From Hyphomonas sp. (lineage in GTDB: Bacteria > Pseudomonadota > Alphaproteobacteria > Caulobacterales > Hyphomonadaceae), in assembly GCF_041398385.1 (NCBI RefSeq), contig NZ_JAWKUW010000002.1, positions 245,125 through 309,124 of the forward strand: DNA of 64,000 bases. The letters run 5' to 3'. Below, in pieces: positions 43,746 through 52,782 of the stretch; position 1 is the first letter of the stretch; every line of letters starts with the position of its first letter. The notes below the pieces were generated by a model. The model made no database searches. It saw only the letters and a list, made by a program, of their open reading frames with translations, and was not told the origin of the DNA. Position numbers and translations under genes: made by a program.

Positions 43746-43793
43746 CTTCCCCAGCGGCGGCCTAAGTCCCCTCCTGCAAAACAGGAGGAAGAC

Positions 43794-44798
43794 ATGAAAG
43801 TGGCGGCAGTCAAAAAGCCCGGCGGACTCGACAAACTGGTCATCGAGGATCGGCCGGAGCCGAAACCGCGCCCCGGCGAAATCCTTGTCCGGGTCCGTGC
43901 GTCGAGCCTCAATTATCACGACTTCGTCGTCGTCCTCGGCGGCATCCCGACGCCGGACGGGCGCATCCCGATGTCCGACGGGGCGGGCGATGTCGTGGCC
44001 GTCGGCGACGGCGTGACGAAATGGAAAGTCGGCGACCGGGTGCTCTCGCTGTTCTTCCCCGCCTGGCAATCGGGCCAGATCGAGGCCGCCGGCTTCCAGA
44101 GCGTGCCCGGCGATGGTGCGGACGGTTTTGCCGCGGAATTCTATGCCGGCCCGGAAACGGCCTTCACGCGCATGCCTGAAGGCTATTCCTACGAGGAGGC
44201 GGCCACCCTTCCGTGCGCGGCGCTGACCGCCTGGCGCGGCATGGTAGAGGAAGCGAAGATCAAGCCGGGCAGCTGGGTGCTGACACAAGGCACGGGCGGC
44301 GTCTCCATCTTCGCGCTGCAATTCGCCAAGGCCGCCGGCTGCTGCGTCATCTCCACCTCGTCGTCCCCGGAGAAGATGGAGCGCCTGAAGCAGCTCGGCG
44401 CCGACCATGTGATCAATTACAAGGACACGCCGGAATGGGGCAAAGCCGCCTTTGAGCTGACCGGCGGGCGCGGCGTCGACGAGGTCGTAGAGATCGGCGG
44501 CCCCGGCACCATGGCGCAATCCATCAATGCCTGCCGGCCCGGCGGCCATATCTCATTGATCGGCGTACTGACGGGCATTTCCGGCGAGGTGCCGACGGCC
44601 GCGCTGTTCTCTCGCAACATCACGCTCTCCGGCATCACGGTGGGCTCCCGCCGCATGCAGGAAGACATGATCGACGCCATCGAGGCGAGCGGCATCAGGC
44701 CGGTGATCGACTCGTCCTTCCCGCTCGACCAGATCGCCGCCGCCTTCGCCCACCAGGCCAGCCAGAAGCATTTCGGCAAGATCGTCCTGACGATCTGA
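43794..44798 (+). CDS. NAD(P)-dependent medium-chain oxidoreductase (Zn-ADH-like)
   Basis: SLNYHD, SDGAG, LPCAALTAW, QGTGGVS, HFGKIV. Confidence 0.93.
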   Translation: MKVAAVKKPGGLDKLVIEDRPEPKPRPGEILVRVRASSLNYHDFVVVLGGIPTPDGRIPMSDGAGDVVAVGDGVTKWKVGDRVLSLFFPAWQSGQIEAAGFQSVPGDGADGFAAEFYAGPETAFTRMPEGYSYEEAATLPCAALTAWRGMVEEAKIKPGSWVLTQGTGGVSIFALQFAKAAGCCVISTSSSPEKMERLKQLGADHVINYKDTPEWGKAAFELTGGRGVDEVVEIGGPGTMAQSINACRPGGHISLIGVLTGISGEVPTAALFSRNITLSGITVGSRRMQEDMIDAIEASGIRPVIDSSFPLDQIAAAFAHQASQKHFGKIVLTI

Positions 44799-44805
44799 GC
44801 GAAGA

Positions 44806-44832
44806 CCGCCATTCCCGAGCAGGGAATGGCGG
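44806..44832 (+). terminator. Hairpin/possible terminator
   Basis: CCGCCATTCCC-GAGCA-GGGAATGGCGG perfect 11-bp stem, weak T-tract. Confidence 0.55.
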
Positions 44833-44961
44833 CTATTGGCCCTATGCTGCCCTTTGATCTGCACCGTCCGTTTGTGATCAGGTTTCCACGTTTTTGGAAC
44901 TTGCCATCCAGTGATCTCCCACTAACCTTGCAACCATTCGGGGATTGCACGGGATGAACGG

Positions 44962-46233
44962 ATGCGCGTGATTGTGCTGCTTGTGGCGTTGATGATGATC
45001 GTGCCGCAGGCGCTAGCGCAGACGTTTAAACTGGACGTCTATCCGCCCGGAGTGACGGCAGACGAATGGTCCAGACTGTCCAGCCAGCGACTGGTGGACG
45101 AAATGTATAATGCCTATTCGACACCGGACGATCAGGGAACAGGTCATACGATTGCGCTGTTTCTCTGCTCTTTCAATAATGGCGCAGAGGTGACGGAAGC
45201 CAGCGCCAAAGATGGTGGAACGAACATCCTCTGCAATATCCAGTCTGCACTTTCGACCGAATCCTCATTGCGGCTTGGAAACCAACGAAACTCGGAAGAC
45301 CTGAGGCCTGTGATCCTGCTCTATGCTCGTGCCGGGGAGCCCCGGGCGCAGTATGAGATCGGCCGCATGCTGGAAACCGGCCTCTATCGCAGCCAGGGCG
45401 AGAGTGCCTCGGCATGGTATCGCAAGGCCGCGGCGAACGGCAGCCAGATCGCGCAGGCGCGGCTGGATCAGCTTTTTCCGAAACCCAAACCTCAGCCTGT
45501 GCCACCGCCTCAACCCGCGCCGAAGCCGACACTCCCGGCCGTCGCCGCGTCGAAGCCGGCCCCCGGCGGCACATCGCAGGACGGCATGTGGGGTATAACG
45601 CTGAACGATCTGAGCGTCCTGCCGGCGGACACCCTGCTGCATAAAGCGCGGTACCCTGAACAACGCGCAAGCCTGCGCACGGCGGCGGATCGCGGTGATG
45701 TCATTGCGCAGACTCTGGTCGCTCTGGCGCTTCATAATGCGTATTACGAAGTAAAGGATAGCGCGGCGGCCGCCAAATATGCCCAGTCAGCAGTTTCTAA
45801 TGCCAAGAGGATCTACAAGGGTACAGCCCCGAGTCCTCCAGCAAGCCCGACAAAGTATGGACGCGCTTTCAACATTCTCGCAGTTCAAGCGCGTCAACGA
45901 GGCGATACCAGTAGTGCCCTGGATTATGCTCGGAACGCGTATAATCAGCGTAGCGCTATTGGAACGGCGACCTGGGCTTATGTTCTGGGCGATGAATGTG
46001 AAGTCACGTACCGCTGCACACAGAGCAGTCATAGGTTTATGATAGAAAAAATGCAGACCGCCGTGGATTGGGGATATTCAGCGGGAGAGCCTGACCTACA
46101 GAGGGCAAAGAAATTGTTTGAACAAACTTATGGCGCTGGAACTCAAAGCTACAGCGCACCGACCCAAAGGAATTGCTACTGGACAGTCGATCCGGGAGTT
46201 GCGGGCAGCCGTCGGCAAGTTTGCAGCGACTAA
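44962..46233 (+). CDS. Exported Sel1-like repeat protein with Pro-rich linker
   Basis: Signal peptide; GEPRAQYEIG...A.WYRKAAANG Sel1 motif; PKPKPQPVPPPQPAPKP linker. Confidence 0.75.
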   Translation: MRVIVLLVALMMIVPQALAQTFKLDVYPPGVTADEWSRLSSQRLVDEMYNAYSTPDDQGTGHTIALFLCSFNNGAEVTEASAKDGGTNILCNIQSALSTESSLRLGNQRNSEDLRPVILLYARAGEPRAQYEIGRMLETGLYRSQGESASAWYRKAAANGSQIAQARLDQLFPKPKPQPVPPPQPAPKPTLPAVAASKPAPGGTSQDGMWGITLNDLSVLPADTLLHKARYPEQRASLRTAADRGDVIAQTLVALALHNAYYEVKDSAAAAKYAQSAVSNAKRIYKGTAPSPPASPTKYGRAFNILAVQARQRGDTSSALDYARNAYNQRSAIGTATWAYVLGDECEVTYRCTQSSHRFMIEKMQTAVDWGYSAGEPDLQRAKKLFEQTYGAGTQSYSAPTQRNCYWTVDPGVAGSRRQVCSD

Positions 46234-46503
46234 TATTCCACCACCAAACACGAATATTAGTAGACGGGTCACGTAAGCAAGGCGCCAGAGTATTTCTTCT
46301 TGGACATCACTAAGCTCTTGGTCTGCTTGGCTGGGGATTTGCATGCCTCTTGGCTGGTTTGCGCCTGTCCGGTTCCGGCGATTTTCTGCCGAAGCGGCCA
46401 ATCCCTGACTTATCCCCGCTTTGCCCGCCGCATTCTGCCGCAATTCTTCCCGCGGAAATAAATCCATCCAACACCTCCGAAACCGGGCGTATCTTCACGG
46501 GCG

Positions 46504-46923
46504 ATGAGCTTCTTCACGCCGCCTCCCGGGTTTCCCGTTTTCCTCGTGCCGGTCTGGCCGATGATCTGGATACAGATCCTTTTGCTGCGAGCAGAGATGC
46601 GCGCGGCTTACGGGCCGGGCGTGCAGTATCACTGGAGCGTGACGCTTTGCGGCCGGGTCTATCTCACCAGTATTGACTGGGTGCCGGGGCAGGCGGTGCC
46701 GGCCTGGCTGATCGCGCCCGCGCATCCGAACAAGCGGATTGCGGCGGCGCTGAGTGGGGAGCTTCTTCAGCCCGGCTATGCGGCATTAAAGCCCCTCTCC
46801 CGTGGGAGAGGGGTGAGGGGTCACGGCCTATCCGCAGGCATGACTCTTGCCGCAATGACTTCACCCCTCATCCCCAACCCCTTCTCCCGGGGGAGAAGGG
46901 GCTTACCCCTGCCAGACCCCTGA
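46504..46923 (+). CDS. Hypothetical protein with palindromic-repeat-encoded C-terminus
   Basis: 139-aa ORF with hydrophobic N-terminus; last third is encoded by the repeat at 46789-46904. Confidence 0.55.
   Translation: MSFFTPPPGFPVFLVPVWPMIWIQILLLRAEMRAAYGPGVQYHWSVTLCGRVYLTSIDWVPGQAVPAWLIAPAHPNKRIAAALSGELLQPGYAALKPLSRGRGVRGHGLSAGMTLAAMTSPLIPNPFSRGRRGLPLPDP
46789..46904. repeat. CIR/RPE-like palindromic element inside an ORF
   Basis: AAGCCCCTCTCCCGTGGGAGAGGGG ... CCCCTTCTCCCGGGGGAGAAGGGGCTT inverted arms; central GACTC (GANTC) site. Confidence 0.75.
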
Positions 46924-47015
46924 CGCGGACACCGCCCCAAAATCAACAACACCTGCAAGCGCCTTCACGGGCGCCGCAGGTGCTGCGGAATTCCTCCGTG
47001 GGAAGAGGGGCGGGC

Positions 47016-47741
47016 CTAGCCCGCGATGTATTGCGCGCCGTTGACGGTCATCGTCGCGCCGTTGATGAAGGCGGCTTCGTCGCTGGCGAGATAGGCGCAC
47101 ATGGAGGCGATTTCTTCTGCCTTGCCGAGGCGGCCGACCGGGATGGTGGCGATGATGCCTTCCAGCACTTCAGGCTTCACGGCCGCCAGCATCTCGGTGT
47201 CGATATAGCCGGGCGCGACGCAGTTTGAGGTGATGCCCTTCTTGGCGCCTTCATAGGCAAGTGCCTTGGTAAAGCCGATCAGGCCGGCCTTCGCGGCGGA
47301 ATAGTTGGCCTGGGTGAACTGTCCCTTCTGGCCGTTGATCGAGGAGATGTTGATCACCCGGCCCCAGTTCCTGTCGCGCATCCCGTCCCACACCTGGCGG
47401 GTCACGTTGAAGGCGGAGGTGAGGTCCACGTCGATCACCTGCTGCCAGTGGTCCTTCGACATCTTGTGGAACGGCGCATCGCGGGTGATGCCCGCATTGT
47501 TGATCACGATGTCGATGGGACCGAGATCCTTTTCGATGGCCGCGATGCCGGCGCCGACGGCGTCATAATCGGCCACGTCGAACTTGTAGACCTTCACGCC
47601 GATGGCATCTGCGCATTCCTTGGCGGCAGCATCATTGCCGGCATAGTTTGCGGCAACCTTGTAGCCCTTGTTTACCATGGTTTCGCTGATCGCCCGGCCA
47701 ATGCCGCGGGTGCCCCCGGTAACCAAAACCGTTTTCGACAT
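47016..47741 (-). CDS. phbB: Acetoacetyl-CoA reductase
   Basis: TGGTRGIG, NNAGITRD, SSINGQKGQF.QANYSAAK; divergent from phaR. Confidence 0.93.
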   Translation of the reverse strand: MSKTVLVTGGTRGIGRAISETMVNKGYKVAANYAGNDAAAKECADAIGVKVYKFDVADYDAVGAGIAAIEKDLGPIDIVINNAGITRDAPFHKMSKDHWQQVIDVDLTSAFNVTRQVWDGMRDRNWGRVINISSINGQKGQFTQANYSAAKAGLIGFTKALAYEGAKKGITSNCVAPGYIDTEMLAAVKPEVLEGIIATIPVGRLGKAEEIASMCAYLASDEAAFINGATMTVNGAQYIAG

Positions 47742-47892
47742 GCAGATCCCTCCCTTGAAATTTTTGCACCCGCTCACGCTACAGCCTCTGCTGCAGAAAC
47801 TTCAATAGCGCATTGGTCGCATTCGGATTTTGTGCGAGATTGTGCCGCATAGCACAAAAATTGCTTCTCCCAAGGGAAGCAGAGGGCAGGAC

Positions 47893-48474
47893 ATGGCCAA
47901 GGGTAACGGATCGGGCGAGCCGATCATCATCAAGAAGTATGCAAACCGGCGGCTCTACGACACGTCGACGTCCTGCTACGTGACGCTGGACCATCTGTCC
48001 GAGCTTGTCCGCGAAGGCCGGGATTTCGAGGTCCGCGATGCCAAGACGGGCGAAGACCTGACCCGCCAGGTGCTGACCCAGATCATCTTCGAGCAGGAAA
48101 CCAAGGGCGACGGCGCATTGCCGCTGAACTTCCTGCGCCAGCTGATCGGTTTTTATGGCGGCGGCGCGCAGACGTTCCTGCCGGCCTTTCTCGACATGTC
48201 GATGAATTCCTTTGCGGAAGCCCAGAAGGAATGGCGCAAGGCCGCCAATCCGATGACCATGTTCGAAAAGCAGGCCCGGCGGAACATGGCGATGTTCGAA
48301 CAGGCGATGAAGATGTTTATGCCGACCCTCTATGGCTCGGCCCAGACGTCCCGTTCCGAGACGCAATCGCCGGCCTCCTCGATGATGGAGCTGCAGGCCG
48401 AGGCACTCGCCAACATGCAGGCCCAGATGGTGGCGATCCAGGAACAGCTCGCCGAGCTCTACCGCAAGGACTGA
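47893..48474 (+). CDS. phaR: Polyhydroxyalkanoate synthesis repressor
   Basis: IIKKYANRRLYDTSTS.YVTL, DAKTGEDLTR.VLTQII, LP.NFLRQLI. Confidence 0.95.
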   Translation: MAKGNGSGEPIIIKKYANRRLYDTSTSCYVTLDHLSELVREGRDFEVRDAKTGEDLTRQVLTQIIFEQETKGDGALPLNFLRQLIGFYGGGAQTFLPAFLDMSMNSFAEAQKEWRKAANPMTMFEKQARRNMAMFEQAMKMFMPTLYGSAQTSRSETQSPASSMMELQAEALANMQAQMVAIQEQLAELYRKD

Positions 48475-48485
48475 TCCCCGGATGC

Positions 48486-48514
48486 AAAAAGGCCCGCCGG
48501 ACAGCGGGCCTTTT
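48486..48514. terminator. Bidirectional Rho-independent terminator
   Basis: AAAAAGGCCCGC-CGGACA-GCGGGCCTTTT between convergent genes. Confidence 0.85.
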
Positions 48515-48540
48515 CATATCGGGTTGAGGCGTTTGCCGCG

Positions 48541-49008
48541 TCAGCCGTTTTCCATGCCGAAGTCGCGCCGTGCCGACACGATCGTCACAACGACCCCCGC
48601 CAGCACGTCCAGCAATGTCATCGACATAAGGATGAAGAAGGTCGAGGTCGCGAAGTTCGGCGTCAGCAGGAATTCGATCATGCAGACGATGAACAGCATC
48701 ATCGAGACGGCGTGATTGAAGATGGTCGACGTGCCGGTCGAGGTGGATTTCAGGATTTCCAGGAACAGGAACACGATCGCCAGCAATAGGATCGCATCGC
48801 CCTTGGTCAGCACCCATTTCACGCCCGAGATCATGGGCAGGCTGAAGAAGGTCGAGTTCAGCAGGTTCTGGATCGGGGCGACATCCGCCCGCACGGCCTC
48901 GCCGAACTCGTTGACCGTTTCAATAGATCCGCCAAAGCCGAAGGCCAGCAGGTTGTACAGCGCCACCGGTATGACCAGCAGCGGGAAGATTCCGAAGATT
49001 GCGCGCAT
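48541..49008 (-). CDS. Conserved alphaproteobacterial membrane protein
   Basis: FPLL.IPV.LYN, ILKST, NHA.S, FATSTFF, DV.AG, ARRD; an in-frame extension to 49134 is possible. Confidence 0.8.
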   Translation of the reverse strand: MRAIFGIFPLLVIPVALYNLLAFGFGGSIETVNEFGEAVRADVAPIQNLLNSTFFSLPMISGVKWVLTKGDAILLLAIVFLFLEILKSTSTGTSTIFNHAVSMMLFIVCMIEFLLTPNFATSTFFILMSMTLLDVLAGVVVTIVSARRDFGMENG

Positions 49009-49207
49009 CAATGACCCCTTCTCGGTGTTGCTGCGGGAATGGGCGCCATTCTGCCGCTCCCGACGCTTCTTTCTCGCGGCGAACATCCCGAAAATCAGGC
49101 TCCGCGATCCTTTGTCCATATCCTTACCCGTCATGCGGACAGAGTTAACACGAGGTTTATGGCATTGTCGCGTCCCTTTCGAGGGGCGTCGAGCAGGCCT
49201 CCGGGGC

Positions 49208-49939
49208 TCAGATCTCGTCCGCGCCGCCGGGATTGCGGCGCCGCCGGATCAGCCACATGACACCGCGCAGATCCGACAGGGCATCCTTCAGGCGGCCGAA
49301 ATTGGTGTAGTTTGACCGGCCTTCGCCGCGGGGACGGTGGTTCACGTCCCGGAATTCGACCCCGAACCCTTCGGCCCGCATCAGGGCCGGCATGTAGCGG
49401 TGCATGTGGTCGAAATAGGGGAGCTGGATGAAAGCCGCCCGGTTCATCACCTTGATGCCACAGCCGGAGTCGTCGCAATCGTCGCGCAGGAGGCGCTTGC
49501 GGACCCGGTTGGCAAGGCGCGAGCCAAACCGCTTCCAGGCGGTGTCCTTGCGGCTGGCCCTCCGGCCCATGACCATTTTCAGGCCTTCCGGCGCGTCGGC
49601 GCGGGTGAGGGCCCGGTAAAGGTCCGGCAGGTCGGCCGGGTCGTTCTGGCCGTCCCCGTCCAGCGTGCCGACAACCGGGGCCATGGCGGCAAGGATGCCG
49701 GTGCGGATGGCGCGGCTCTGGCCGGCATTCTTGCGGTGGCCGAGGACGCGCAGCATCGGGTATTTCGCCTTCAGCGCCTTCAGCTCGGCCCGCGTATCGT
49801 CGCTCGAGGCATCGTCCACGAAGATCATCTCGAAGGCACGGCCATCAAGCGCGCGGGCGATTTCAGCCGCGAGCGTTTCGACATTGCCGGTCTCGTTGTG
49901 AACGGGAACGACGACTGAGAATTCGAGCGCTGAGTCCAA
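49208..49939 (-). CDS. Glycosyltransferase family 2 (polyprenol-phosphate glycosyltransferase)
   Basis: SVVVPVHNE, VDDASSD, LDGDGQNDP, HRYMPAL. Confidence 0.92.
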   Translation of the reverse strand: MDSALEFSVVVPVHNETGNVETLAAEIARALDGRAFEMIFVDDASSDDTRAELKALKAKYPMLRVLGHRKNAGQSRAIRTGILAAMAPVVGTLDGDGQNDPADLPDLYRALTRADAPEGLKMVMGRRASRKDTAWKRFGSRLANRVRKRLLRDDCDDSGCGIKVMNRAAFIQLPYFDHMHRYMPALMRAEGFGVEFRDVNHRPRGEGRSNYTNFGRLKDALSDLRGVMWLIRRRRNPGGADEI

Positions 49940-50106
49940 TGCTCCGGCCTTTTTCCTTGAATGCGCCCTGACGGGCGCAGAGCCATATTTGCCGCCTCAT
50001 ACAAAGTGCAGGACGCCATGGCGAGCCCTGAGCGTCACTTCAGGCCCGCCGGGCTGCATGTCCAAAACCGGGAGACGCGGAAAGCCGAAGCAGGTAGAGG
50101 GATTTC

Positions 50107-52161
50107 ATGACATTTCTCGACCGTCTTTCGACCGGCTGGAAAGCCTGGGTCATCCTTTTCGTCCTGACCTTTGGCGCCTCTGCGCCGGGCGTATTCCTGC
50201 TGCCAGCGCTTGACCGCGACGAAAGCCGCTTCGCGCAGGCGTCCAAGGAAATGCTGGAGGAACACGACTATATCCGGATCCAGTACCAGGACGAGCTGCG
50301 CAACAAGAAGCCGGCCGGCATCCATTGGCTTCAGGCAGCCTCGACGGCCATTTTCACGGGGCCTGAAGCCAAGCAGATCTGGACCTATCGCGTGCCAAGC
50401 TGGCTCGGTGCCGCCTTTGCGGCTATGGCCTGCTTCTGGTGCGGGATCCCGCTGATCGGTCGGCGGGCCGCCTTCCTTGGCGCGGCCATCTTCAGTACCA
50501 GCCTGCTGCTTACGTCCGAGGGACATATTTCGAAGACCGATGGCGTCCTGGTTTTCCTCACCACGCTCAGCATCGGGGCGCTCGCCCGCCTCTACATGCG
50601 CGGGGACCAGTCGAAACCCATGGCACTGCTGTTCTGGTTTTGCATGGGAACGAGTTTTCTCATCAAGGGCCCGGTGACGCCGATGGTGGCGGCCTATGCC
50701 GGCATGGGCGCCTGGGTCTGGGCGAAGGCGGCAGACGGCAAGGGCGGCAACTGGTGGCGGGTGCTGCTCTGGTGGCCGGGGCCGCTGATCTTCGTGGCGC
50801 TGGTCCTGCCCTGGTTCCTCTGGATCCAGGCGGCGACAGACGGCCAGTATATCAAGGGCGCCCTCGGCAAGGACCTTAGGGACAAATTCACCGGCGCCTC
50901 CGAGGGGCATGGCGGCTGGCCCTTCTACCACCTGACCCATATTCCGGCCTGGTTCTTTCCGGCAACGCTGCTGCTTGTTCCGGGTGGCGTGGCCGCGTGG
51001 AAAACCCTGAAACCGCAGTCAGCTGCCGGCACCCGCTGGCTGCAGCGCACGCTGCTCCTTTCGGGCGCGGCGTTTGCCGGCCTGTTCGCACTCGGTTTCC
51101 TTCTGCCTTACCTGCCGCGTCCGGCCGGCGACGGCGCGGTCTCGCAGGGCCTGGCCACGCTTGCCCGGCTAAAGCCTCTGCCGGCCTGGCCCGCCCTGGT
51201 ATTGGCGGGCTTCTGGTGGCTCTCCGGCAAGGAAGCCTGGTTTAAGCGCTGGCCGGTCGGCGCGGCCGAGATCAGCGACGAGGCGAAAGGGCTACGCCTG
51301 ATCGTCGCCTGGGGTGCGTTGACCTATGCCTTCTTCGAACTGATGCCGACCCTGCTCAGCCATTATATCCTGCCGGCCTATCCGGCGATGGCGCTGCTTG
51401 GGGGATATGCAGCTGTGAAGTTGATCGAGGGCGCAAAAATGCCGGTCTCGCGCACCCTGTCGCTGATCCTGTTTGCGCTGGGAGCGGGCCTCCTTCTGGC
51501 GGTCTCCTATCCGGGCGTGACGCAGTATTTCATGGCCGAGGCGGCCGGGGATTTCACGACCGCCGCAAAGCAGCAGGTGATGGAGTCGTGGCAGGCGTAT
51601 CGCGCGTTTCCGCTCTGGCTCTGGTGGACCGGTTTTGCGCTGGCGGGCCTTGCAGGGATCGAATTCAACCGGGCGCGGGAGACAAGCGCCATCGCGCTCG
51701 CCATCCTCGCCAGCTTTGTGATCGGCTGGCATGTGCGCATCTTCATGCTGCCGAGCCAGGTCTGGGTACAGCCGACGGAGACGGCGCGGCTTGCGCTCGA
51801 AGAAGTCTGCGGTGTGCCGGGGGAGGCGTGCGCGCTGACAGCGCCCGCCAGAATTCTCGCGCTTGGTTATGCCGAGCCGTCCTACGTGCTGACGCTTGGA
51901 ACGCAGAACCTTCACCCACCGGAAACGCCGCTCGACCTGCCGGCAGAAGCGTCGGCCTATCCAGTCGTCTACCTGATCAATTATGAAGACCGCAAAGCCA
52001 GCCCGCCGATCACCGAGGAAGTATCACACCTGCGGAAGGAAGCAGAGGCGATGGGCCACTGCGTGACCGAATCGGAACCGTATTACGCGCTGAACTATTC
52101 CAACGGTGATCCGGTGAATTTCGTCGCGATGCGGTTCGATCTCGGTGCTTGCCCGAACTAG
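50107..52161 (+). CDS. ArnT/PMT-family (GT-C) glycosyltransferase
   Basis: DRDESRFAQAS, R.KKP.GIHW, L.KGPV, HYILPAYP; many TM helices. Confidence 0.9.
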   Translation: MTFLDRLSTGWKAWVILFVLTFGASAPGVFLLPALDRDESRFAQASKEMLEEHDYIRIQYQDELRNKKPAGIHWLQAASTAIFTGPEAKQIWTYRVPSWLGAAFAAMACFWCGIPLIGRRAAFLGAAIFSTSLLLTSEGHISKTDGVLVFLTTLSIGALARLYMRGDQSKPMALLFWFCMGTSFLIKGPVTPMVAAYAGMGAWVWAKAADGKGGNWWRVLLWWPGPLIFVALVLPWFLWIQAATDGQYIKGALGKDLRDKFTGASEGHGGWPFYHLTHIPAWFFPATLLLVPGGVAAWKTLKPQSAAGTRWLQRTLLLSGAAFAGLFALGFLLPYLPRPAGDGAVSQGLATLARLKPLPAWPALVLAGFWWLSGKEAWFKRWPVGAAEISDEAKGLRLIVAWGALTYAFFELMPTLLSHYILPAYPAMALLGGYAAVKLIEGAKMPVSRTLSLILFALGAGLLLAVSYPGVTQYFMAEAAGDFTTAAKQQVMESWQAYRAFPLWLWWTGFALAGLAGIEFNRARETSAIALAILASFVIGWHVRIFMLPSQVWVQPTETARLALEEVCGVPGEACALTAPARILALGYAEPSYVLTLGTQNLHPPETPLDLPAEASAYPVVYLINYEDRKASPPITEEVSHLRKEAEAMGHCVTESEPYYALNYSNGDPVNFVAMRFDLGACPN

Positions 52162-52730
52162 CGCGGGGCGCGCTTTGCAAGGATCCGCTGCAGGGTGCGC
52201 CGGTGCATGTTGAGGCGGCGGGCCGTCTCGGAAACATTGTGATTGCAAAGCTCATAGACGCGCTGGATGTGTTCCCAGCGCACCCGGTCAGCCGACATCG
52301 GGTTTTCCGGCGGGGCCGGCTTTTCGTCCGTCGTTGCCGTCAGGGCGCGGACAATGTCTTCAACGTCGGCAGGCTTCGATAGATAGTCGACCGCGCCGGC
52401 CTTTACGGCGGCGACAGCAGTCGCGATGGCGCCGTAACCGGTCAGGATGACCGCGCGGGCTTCCGGCCGATGCTTCTGCAGCATCTCGACCACTTCAAGG
52501 CCGCTGCCGTCTTCCAGGCGCAGGTCCAGAACGGCGAAAGCCGGCGGGTTGAGACGGGCAATGTCCTTGCCCTCGGACACGGTGTTCACCGCAGACACGA
52601 TAAAGCCGCGCTGGGCCAGGGCACGGGCAAGGCGTTGGGCGAACGGGCCGTCATCATCCATGATCAGGCATGAGCGGTCCTCGACGCCCTGGAGGCTTTC
52701 ATGAAGATTGATTTGCGCGGAATGGTCCAT
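52158..52730 (-). CDS. regA: Redox response regulator RegA/ActR/PrrA
   Basis: VLDLRLEDG, LTGYG.IATAVAAVK, MSADRVRWEHIQRVYELC..NVSETARRLNMHRRTLQRIL. Confidence 0.96.
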   Translation of the reverse strand: MDHSAQINLHESLQGVEDRSCLIMDDDGPFAQRLARALAQRGFIVSAVNTVSEGKDIARLNPPAFAVLDLRLEDGSGLEVVEMLQKHRPEARAVILTGYGAIATAVAAVKAGAVDYLSKPADVEDIVRALTATTDEKPAPPENPMSADRVRWEHIQRVYELCNHNVSETARRLNMHRRTLQRILAKRAPR

Positions 52731-52782
52731 TGCCTTCCTACCCTTTTATTGCCCATCAGACTTTATAGGACTTCCATATCCA

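Noticed and set aside
46096-46498. Minus-strand ORFs (123 and 62 aa) between the Sel1 gene and the repeat-bounded cassette
   Set aside because: No motifs or RBS and atypical composition; cannot be supported as genes.
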